From positions 3,825,913 through 3,849,912 of the forward strand of contig NZ_CP130318.1 in the NCBI RefSeq assembly GCF_032268605.1: a DNA stretch of 24,000 bases, written 5' to 3'. Shown piece by piece: positions 1 to 4,940 of this stretch (positions are counted from its first letter, which is position 1; each line of letters begins with the position of its first letter). A program made the position numbers and the translations under genes. This stretch comes from Paenibacillus aurantius. Its GTDB lineage: Bacteria > Bacillota > Bacilli > Paenibacillales > NBRC-103111. The notes beneath the pieces were generated by a model. It searched no databases, was not told the origin of the DNA, and was given only the letters and a program-made list of their open reading frames with translations.

Positions 1-623
1 ACCGTGACTTCCACCCCGAAGTCATTCAGCATCGACGCCCATTCCACTCCGATTACCCCGCCCCCGACGATGAGCATGGATTCCGGAAGCTCGGCCATCA
101 GAAGAGCTTCGTCGCTCGTCAGGATGAGCTCTCCGTCCGGCTCAAGTCCGGGCAGGATGCGCGGCCGGGAGCCGGTAGCGAGAATAAGATGGCCGGGAAC
201 AAGCGTTTCCGTCTCCCCATCGGCCAGCTCGACGGCAATGGTTCCGCTTCGGGGAGCGAAGATGGAAGGGGCGATCATCCTCCCGCTTCCGGCGTATACA
301 TCGATTTTGTTCTTCTTCATCAGGAGCTGAAGCCCTTTGTACAGCTGGTCCACAATCCCGGCTTTTCTTTGCTGGACCCGGTCAAAATCAAGGGTAACCG
401 AAGAAGCGGTGACGCCATAGGCTTCCCCGTTCTTGGCTTCGGCATATACTTCCGCACTGCGTAGAAGCGCCTTGCTGGGGATGCAACCGCGGTGAAGACA
501 GGTGCCGCCAAGCTTGTCCCGCTCTACAAGAGCAACGGACATGCCGAGCTGGGCTGCTCGAATCGCGGCACTGTAGCCTCCTGTGCCTCCGCCCAGAACG
601 ACAATATCATAAGTATGGCTCAT
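1..623 (-). CDS. lpd: dihydrolipoyl dehydrogenase (E3 component), N-terminal ~207 codons; the 3' end lies beyond the window start
   Basis: My translation from the ATG at 623..621 reads MSHTYDIVVLGGGTGGYSAAIRAAQLGMSVALVERDKLGGTCLHRGCIPSKALL... This shows the FAD-binding GxGxxG motif and the redox-active CxxxxC motif of E3 enzymes. A GGAGGG SD lies at 634-639. The ORF is missing from the supplied track because it runs off the window edge. Confidence 0.9.
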   Translation of the reverse strand, partial: MSHTYDIVVLGGGTGGYSAAIRAAQLGMSVALVERDKLGGTCLHRGCIPSKALLRSAEVYAEAKNGEAYGVTASSVTLDFDRVQQRKAGIVDQLYKGLQLLMKKNKIDVYAGSGRMIAPSIFAPRSGTIAVELADGETETLVPGHLILATGSRPRILPGLEPDGELILTSDEALLMAELPESMLIVGGGVIGVEWASMLNDFGVEVT

Positions 624-745
624 GCTTAATCGATCCCTCCGATAGTATTGGCTTCGATGAATCCCCTCCCCCTTTGGACTTAAGTGGGGGGAATATAGTA
701 TAACTAATGGTAGCGTATAAACATCTCTTGAAAGAGGACAACGGT

Positions 746-1018
746 ATGAAATCCACAATTTCCCGCTTTGCCGCCGCCCTGATTCTCGTTATCCCCGGGA
801 TTGCCGCGACTTACGGCTTTCTCGCCATGAAGGATTCGCTGTTCGCGCTGTTTGACGAAGCCTCCGCGGGGTTTACCTGGGGCAAATTCCTTATCGGCTT
901 TGTGCTGTTTGCCGCCGGCGTCGCCTTCATCGGAGGCTGGACCTTCTATAGGGACCGCAAGCGCAATTATGTAGCTCCCCGCTTCAAAGAAAAGAAACGC
1001 CGTCCCGGCAGAGAATGA
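746..1018 (+). CDS. small two-TM membrane protein with a basic C-terminal tail, DUF2627/YqzF-like (family assignment from memory)
   Basis: Track ORF 707..1018. The internal ATG at 746 is preceded by AAAGAGGA with ~8-nt spacing, so 746 is the likelier start. Two hydrophobic segments are followed by RDRKRNYVAPRFKEKKRRPGRE. A convergent terminator lies downstream. Confidence 0.6.
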   Translation: MKSTISRFAAALILVIPGIAATYGFLAMKDSLFALFDEASAGFTWGKFLIGFVLFAAGVAFIGGWTFYRDRKRNYVAPRFKEKKRRPGRE

Positions 1019-1111
1019 GGCTTCAGCGTTTACTTACGATTTTACACTTCCGCACCTGCCGGCGCAATGAAAACCGCCCGACACCATCCGACGGCAATCC
1101 CGTTCGCCCGC

Positions 1112-1146
1112 AAAAAAAGACGCTCCCGCGAGGGAAGCGTCTTTTG
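1112..1146. terminator. bidirectional rho-independent terminator between convergent genes
   Basis: AAAAAAGACGCTCCC-GCGA-GGGAAGCGTCTTTTG forms a ~11-bp GC-rich stem with one bulge. It is flanked by an A-run on the 5' side and a T-run on the 3' side, so it can terminate transcription on either strand. Confidence 0.75.
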
Positions 1147-1160
1147 CTATGAGCTGATGG

Positions 1161-1976
1161 TTAAATGCGTTTAGCCGCCTTGTACCGGGCTCCCCAGTAA
1201 CCGGAATACAGGTTATCGATATGCACCCCGTAAGAAGTTGTCGCCGAAATAAACTGGCTGTTCCCCAAATAAATGCCCACATGGGTGATCGGGGAAGAGG
1301 AGGTTTCCGAGAAGAAGACAAGATCGCCCGGCTGTACTTCGGAAACAAATTGCCCGGCGCCTGCATACATTTGGCTTGCCGTGCGAGGCAGTGTGGTTCC
1401 CTGCTGCTTGAAGAGGTATTGAACGTACCCGGAGCAGTCAAATCCGCTTGGGGTCGTTCCTCCAAAAGCATAAGGGACACCTAAGTATTTTTTGGCATTG
1501 TTGATGATGGTAAACGGCAGAGGCTGAGGTTTGTACCACGCCGGAGCGTGGTATTTGCCGTCGGCCGCCACGATCGCGATATAATTGTTCTGGTCCCATT
1601 GGACCATCGTTCCCAAAGCTTCCGAGATGAAGCGGACCGGCACATACGTGCGTCCTCCCGTAAAAAGGGCGTTCGTATCAATGCTTATCGGCTGCCCGTT
1701 GACAAGGGCTCTCTTCTCTCCCGTCTTCAGTTCGACGGATTTGGTGCTGCTGCTGATTTTGACTTTCACCTGCTGGTCAGTCGTCATGCTATAGTTGACC
1801 TGATACCCCATTTTCTCCGTTACCATGCGAATCGGCACCTGGGTGCGGCTGCTGCCATCCATAAAAGGCTGGGCATCGGGAAAATGAACCAGGTCATCAT
1901 TGACTTGAACCTTAACGGGATCGGCATAAGCCTGCGTACTGAGAGCAAGACCGAGCCCCAAACATACGGACGACAA
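1161..1976 (-). CDS. secreted cell-wall hydrolase: copper-amine-oxidase-N-like (stalk) domain plus C-terminal NlpC/P60 endopeptidase domain
   Basis: The C-terminus GVPYAFGGTTPSGFDCSGYVQY...ITHVGIYLG carries the NlpC/P60 catalytic Cys and His context. The middle region VNGQPISIDTNALFTGGRTYVPVRFISEALGTMVQWD is a typical Cu_amine_oxidN1 repeat. The signal peptide ends ...STQAYA|DP. The true start may be the CTG at 2003 (see findings). Confidence 0.85.
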   Translation of the reverse strand: MSSVCLGLGLALSTQAYADPVKVQVNDDLVHFPDAQPFMDGSSRTQVPIRMVTEKMGYQVNYSMTTDQQVKVKISSSTKSVELKTGEKRALVNGQPISIDTNALFTGGRTYVPVRFISEALGTMVQWDQNNYIAIVAADGKYHAPAWYKPQPLPFTIINNAKKYLGVPYAFGGTTPSGFDCSGYVQYLFKQQGTTLPRTASQMYAGAGQFVSEVQPGDLVFFSETSSSPITHVGIYLGNSQFISATTSYGVHIDNLYSGYWGARYKAAKRI

Positions 1977-2020
1977 AAAAGACGTGCGAATCCACCTATT
2001 CAGTTCTGTTTCCTCCTATG

Positions 2021-2150
2021 TGCCTCCGAGGTTAGTTGACGGATTCGGGAAAGGCAGGCTCCCTAGTTCACTCGCGCGCGTGAACATTCACCCCATAAAT
2101 AAGTCCCCCGTACCGGGCATGTTGTGCGCCCGGATTCGGCTTAACGTAGT
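2021..2150 (-). promoter_or_regulatory. cyclic-di-AMP riboswitch (ydaO-yuaA class) in the 5' leader of the NlpC/P60 gene
   Basis: The minus strand reads CGTTAAGCCGAATCCGGGCGCACAACATGCCCGGTACGGGGGACTTATTTATGGGGTGAATGTTCACGCGCGCGAGTGAACTAGGGAGCCTGCCTTTCCCGAATCCGTCAACTAACCTCGGAGGCA. It contains the class signatures ACGGGGGA, GGGGUGAAU and CCCGAAUCCGUCA(A/G)CUAACCUCG. Boundaries are good to about +/-10 nt. Confidence 0.8.
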
Positions 2151-2156
2151 ATGACG

Positions 2157-2191
2157 AGTATAAAAATACCATGGAAATGTTTTCACGGCAA
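2157..2191 (-). promoter_or_regulatory. candidate sigma-A promoter for the riboswitch and NlpC/P60 transcript
   Basis: On the minus strand, TTGCCG (2191-2186) is followed by a 17-nt spacer and TGgTATTTT (extended -10, 2168-2163). An alternative -10, TATACT, lies at 2162-2157. Both sit just upstream of the aptamer 5' end. Confidence 0.35.
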
Positions 2192-2285
2192 TCCCCCTAT
2201 TGTAGGTAATTAGTGGGATAGGAAAGGACTCCTATGGAATATGTCCATTATGTGAACGAATAGGAATAGGAGTTGACAAAGGAAC

Positions 2286-2319
2286 ACAAAAAAGAGCCTG
2301 CCGGATAACCCGACAGGCC
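2286..2319 (-). terminator. rho-independent terminator
   Basis: The minus-strand RNA GCCUGUCGG-GUUAU-CCGGCAGGC forms a 9-bp stem including one G-U pair. It is followed by UCUUUUUUGUG. Confidence 0.8.
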
Positions 2320-2376
2320 AAATTAAGGAGAAAGAAAAAAAGGTTATGAAGATAGCCGCAGGCCAATGCGGCTATA
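2286..2376 (-). ncRNA. candidate ~90-nt small RNA, or alternatively a structured 3' UTR of the 84-aa gene
   Basis: An extended -10 (TGtTATACT, 2390-2382) is followed by a perfect 8-bp hairpin, UAGCCGCA-UUGGCC-UGCGGCUA (2374-2353). Next comes a ~30-nt U/C-rich linker containing the anti-SD-like UCUCCUU, then the terminator at 2319-2286. Confidence 0.25.
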
Positions 2377-2416
2377 CGTTTAGTATAACACACCATATAT
2401 ACGCCTATCTATAACC

Positions 2417-2671
2417 TCATTTAGGTTCTTCTCCCTGATTTTGGTCGATTTTGTATTTGTCATAGCGGCCATCCACTTCCTTGGCCATTTGACGATACAG
2501 GCGGGTTTCTTCCACGACAGGGTCCAGCTTGGCTTGGATCCGGATTTCATACCGGGGCGAAAGCCTCCGCCTAGCGGCTGCATCCAGCTCCTCCTTCTCC
2601 ATGTCCCCTTCCTCCAGCGAATGCGCCATCTCCTGCTCCAGCTTGTCTCGGTCATCGTGTTCGTGATTCAT
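2417..2671 (-). CDS. hypothetical small, highly charged protein (84 aa)
   Basis: Track ORF 2417..2752. The internal ATG at 2671 has a GGGAGGG SD with 6-nt spacing. The product MNHEHDDRDKLEQEMAHSLEEGDMEKEELD... is acidic and predicted helical. I recognise no family. Confidence 0.55.
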   Translation of the reverse strand: MNHEHDDRDKLEQEMAHSLEEGDMEKEELDAAARRRLSPRYEIRIQAKLDPVVEETRLYRQMAKEVDGRYDKYKIDQNQGEEPK

Positions 2672-2716
2672 TCCAATCCCTCCCAAATATGACGTAACAT
2701 GCGGGCCAAAGCGGAA

Positions 2717-2742
2717 AGAAAAAAGCACAGCCAGGCTGCACT
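2717..2742 (-). terminator. rho-independent terminator after the 89-aa gene
   Basis: The minus-strand RNA GUGCAG-CCUGG-CUGUGC forms a 6-bp stem with two G-U pairs, followed by UUUUUUCUUUCC. Confidence 0.55.
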
Positions 2743-2778
2743 CCGTCCCCATTGCTTATATAACGCTGTCTGTGTCGG

Positions 2779-3048
2779 TTACCCCAAATCCACGAACTTG
2801 GAAACCTGCTCCCCGATCTCGGGCAGATAAGGATCCATGCAGTTGCACAAGTAATCCTTCTTGCATACCGGGCAAGGCTCTTTATGCAGGCGGCTGATAT
2901 CGGTCGGAACCTTCTCTCCGCTCGGCAAGGTTTCATAAGTGACCCGGCAGTGGTTGCGGTCTTCGAGAACCACAACGACTTCCATCAGTCCGTTCTTTTC
3001 GTTATGGCTTACGATTTTGGCTTCCGCCACTTTCGGTTGATAAGGCAT
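2779..3048 (-). CDS. hypothetical small protein (89 aa) with a C-terminal CPVC...CNC cysteine cluster
   Basis: Track ORF 2779..3054. The AGGAGG at 3062-3057 is 8 nt from the second ATG (3048) but only 2 nt from the first, so 3048 is preferred. The gene has its own promoter and terminator, so it is probably monocistronic. Confidence 0.6.
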   Translation of the reverse strand: MPYQPKVAEAKIVSHNEKNGLMEVVVVLEDRNHCRVTYETLPSGEKVPTDISRLHKEPCPVCKKDYLCNCMDPYLPEIGEQVSKFVDLG

Positions 3049-3079
3049 GGTCATGACCTCCTATATTGGTTGCCCATCC

Positions 3080-3109
3080 ATTATATATAAAACCACGGAG
3101 GCAGAGCAA
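3080..3109 (-). promoter_or_regulatory. sigma-A type promoter for the 89-aa gene
   Basis: On the minus strand, TTGCTC (3109-3104) is followed by an 18-nt spacer and TATAAT (3085-3080). Confidence 0.5.
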
Positions 3110-3147
3110 GCACGTCGTAAGGAACCACCTTACCGACTGGCGAAATC

Positions 3148-3161
3148 GAAGCGGCGGCTTC
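3148..3161 (-). terminator. weak hairpin, possibly the ancestral spo0A terminator, now located after the inserted cassette
   Basis: The minus-strand RNA GAAGC-CGCC-GCUUC is followed by GAUUUCGCC. The stem is short and the U-tract is poor. Confidence 0.25.
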
Positions 3162-3199
3162 TACACCTTATTCTTTCACGAAACCTTAGGCTCGATGCT
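3156..3199. repeat. direct repeat copy A: a degenerate duplicate of the spo0A 3' end with its stop codon and first downstream bases
   Basis: The 27-nt core 3173-3199 (CTTTCACGAAACCTTAGGCTCGATGCT) matches 3924-3950 with 2 mismatches. The upstream GGCTTCTA (3156-3163) matches 3913-3920 across a 6-nt indel. Read in the spo0A frame, copy A gives ..SIEPKVS-stop, versus ..RIEHKVS-stop in the live gene. Confidence 0.8.
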
Positions 3200-3211
3200 C
3201 CCAAAAAGGAT

Positions 3212-3697
3212 TTATTGTTTTAGTTTCTCCTTTAGTAGTTCTAAATTTTTAACATCCTCGGATAATTTTAATTGTTCTAATAGTTCTAATGCTTTTTCCT
3301 TTTCTATATTGCCGAAATAATCAAATGCACTATGCAACAAGCTTCGGTAAATGTAATAATGCCACTTTAAGTCTTTGATGAGTCGACTATATAATGGATT
3401 CTTCAACGTGTAAGGTACGGGGCCTGAGGCAATAAGTATTCTCTGAATTAAACGATCCTTTCTTGGCTGATTAAAGATCCTTTCCCATGAATCTTCTACC
3501 AGCTCCTGATCTTCAAAAAAATGACACCAAAGCGAATATTCTACGGGCTTAGATAAAGAGTTGTCTTCAGAAGATAAATAAGACAAGTACTTTTCCCACA
3601 TATAATCTTTTTCTTCCCCATTAAAATCATGGAAGGATAGGCCTATATGATGAAGGATCGAGTATGTGGGCATCCCATCATATAATTCAAATGACAA
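3212..3697 (-). CDS. hypothetical 161-aa protein encoded in the low-GC cassette; predicted all-helical and cytoplasmic
   Basis: The ORF is uninterrupted and has AT-rich codon usage unlike its neighbours. The start is a TTG at 3697 or the in-frame ATG 8 codons downstream, and the SD is weak. I recognise no family. The product ends ...EKEKALELLEQLKLSEDVKNLELLKEKLKQ. Confidence 0.6.
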   Translation of the reverse strand: MSFELYDGMPTYSILHHIGLSFHDFNGEEKDYMWEKYLSYLSSEDNSLSKPVEYSLWCHFFEDQELVEDSWERIFNQPRKDRLIQRILIASGPVPYTLKNPLYSRLIKDLKWHYYIYRSLLHSAFDYFGNIEKEKALELLEQLKLSEDVKNLELLKEKLKQ

Positions 3698-3703
3698 CTT
3701 AAG

Positions 3704-3912
3704 TTATCCACTAAAGAGAGCAGCACTTCTTGCAGCCTTGCAAATATCAAGAAATTGATCCTCTGCCATGACATGACCCAGTATTTCTTTTAACCGCAAA
3801 TGGTTCACCCCCCTATAGGTTATCTTTGATTGGTCATAAAAAATACCACTCCTTAATCGGGTATCTGAACCCAATAAAAGAAGCAGTATTTGTTGGCTTG
3901 TCTCCGCTAAAA
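3704..3912 (-). pseudogene. start-less open frame in the cassette, a possible 3' remnant of a truncated gene
   Basis: This frame reads ...GSDTRLRSGIFYDQSKITYRGVNHLRLKEILGHVMAEDQFLDICKAARSAALFSG-stop and ends 6 nt before the 161-aa ORF. It has no SD-linked start inside the cassette. Upstream, the same frame runs out of frame into spo0A. Confidence 0.2.
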
Positions 3913-3950
3913 GGCTTCTAACCCTTTCACGAAACCTTATGCTCGATTCT
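3913..3950. repeat. direct repeat copy B, which is the functional spo0A 3' end
   Basis: See copy A. This copy encodes the last residues (..RIEHKVS) and the TGA stop of spo0A. Confidence 0.8.
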
Positions 3951-4733
3951 AAGCTTATCCGCCACCATGGCGATAAATTCGCTGTTGGTCGGCTTCGACT
4001 TCGAAATATTGATCGTGTAGCCGAAAATAAAGCTGATGCTGTCGATATTGCCGCGGGTCCATGCCACTTCAATTGCATGACGGATCGCGCGTTCGACGCG
4101 GCTCGGCGTGGTCTTGTATCGTTCGGCAATAGCCGGGTAAAGCGTTTTGGTGATGGCCCCGAGAATTTCGATATTGTTATAAACCATGGTAATCGCATCG
4201 CGCAAATATTGATACCCCTTGATATGGGCGGGCACGCCGATCTCATGGATAATGCTCGTAATGTTGGCGTCCAGGTTTTTGCCTTTGGACATGGGTACGA
4301 CATTGGTTTTGGCCGAGGAGGAGCTGCTGCTGGTATAAGACGACTGGTTGGACACGAGCTGGCGGATCCGATTGGTCAGCACTTCCATATCGAATGGCTT
4401 CAATATGTAGTAAGAAGCACCCAATTGAACGGCTTTCTGCGTAATGTTCTCTTGTCCGAAGGCGGTCAGCATAATGATTTTCGGCATCGGCGACAGATTC
4501 ATTTCGCGGATTTGCTCCAGCACGCCGAGTCCATCCAGATGAGGCATGATGATATCAAGAATGAGGACATCCGGAGCTTTCTTCTGCTGCTCGAGAAACC
4601 TCAGCACTTCATTACCGTTATAGGCCACCCCGACAACATTCATATCATCTTGATCATCCATATATTCCGATAACAAGTTAGTAAATTCCCGGTTGTCGTC
4701 CGCCAAAAGAACATCAATCGTTTGCAATTCCAT
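3927..4733 (-). CDS. spo0A: sporulation master response regulator Spo0A
   Basis: The receiver domain ([11 protein letters not shown]...[15 protein letters not shown]...MLTA) is followed by the Spo0A-specific C-terminal DNA-binding domain ([24 protein letters not shown]...[15 protein letters not shown]...[11 protein letters not shown]). The track's TTG at 4775 lies inside the sigma-H promoter. I prefer the ATG at 4733 or the TTG at 4727, which has 8-nt spacing from AGGAGG at 4741-4736. That gives ~267 aa, the same as the B. subtilis protein. Confidence 0.95.
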   Translation of the reverse strand: MELQTIDVLLADDNREFTNLLSEYMDDQDDMNVVGVAYNGNEVLRFLEQQKKAPDVLILDIIMPHLDGLGVLEQIREMNLSPMPKIIMLTAFGQENITQKAVQLGASYYILKPFDMEVLTNRIRQLVSNQSSYTSSSSSSAKTNVVPMSKGKNLDANITSIIHEIGVPAHIKGYQYLRDAITMVYNNIEILGAITKTLYPAIAERYKTTPSRVERAIRHAIEVAWTRGNIDSISFIFGYTINISKSKPTNSEFIAMVADKLRIEHKVS

Positions 4734-4774
4734 TTCCTCCTTCGAATCGGCTATTAAAGGTTTGCCTATAACCA

Positions 4775-4801
4775 ATTCGACAACCCTGGTGAAAATCCTT
4801 C
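4775..4801 (-). promoter_or_regulatory. sigma-H type sporulation promoter of spo0A (Ps-like)
   Basis: The minus strand reads GAAGGATTT-N11-GTCGAATTG. This fits the sigma-H consensus RnAGGAwWW-N11-12-RnnGAATww at every specified position. Confidence 0.6.
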
Positions 4802-4872
4802 TGTCGAAAAATATTTTCCTTTCTTTTTTTGACCTTTTCTTTTATAATTAAAATTTTTGATTTATTCCGACA
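4776..4872. promoter_or_regulatory. cluster of Spo0A-binding 0A boxes (autoregulation)
   Basis: TGTCGAA occurs on the minus strand at 4782-4776, overlapping the sigma-H -10. TGTCGAA occurs on the plus strand at 4802-4808. A near-consensus TGTCGGA occurs on the minus strand at 4872-4866. Confidence 0.55.
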
Positions 4873-4940
4873 CTCGTTTACAGGATTCGCCAATCCCTGC
4901 AAACAAAAGGTTAGCCCCATGCATCCATGAGGCCGTTAGC

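Larger units (their letters stand above)
3200..3912. mobile_element. AT-rich inserted cassette or island remnant between the spo0A stop and its duplicated 3' end; no recombinase gene present
   Basis: Composition drops abruptly. I count 17 G+C in the 60 nt at 3201-3260, against clearly GC-rich flanks. The change coincides exactly with the direct repeats at 3156-3199 and 3913-3950. Confidence 0.5.

Noticed and set aside
640-745. Divergent promoter region between lpd and the DUF2627-like gene, including TTGGAC and TATAGT/TATAAC-like hexamers, and a possible sigma-54 site expected for bkd-type operons.
   Set aside because: Hexamer spacings (14 or 19 nt) are off, and I found no TGGCAC-N5-TTGC element. 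The evidence is insufficient for a call.
2326-2410. 22-codon plus-strand ORF (MKIAAGQCGYTFSITHHIYAYL) after an AAGGAG.
   Set aside because: The SD-to-ATG spacing is ~15 nt. The same bases form a perfect hairpin and terminator on the minus strand. It is noted only as an alternative under the sRNA finding.
3704-4303. 199-aa minus-strand ORF overlapping spo0A.
   Set aside because: Most of it is an out-of-frame overlap with the well-supported spo0A CDS. Only the portion inside the AT-rich cassette (3704-3912) is kept, as a possible gene remnant.
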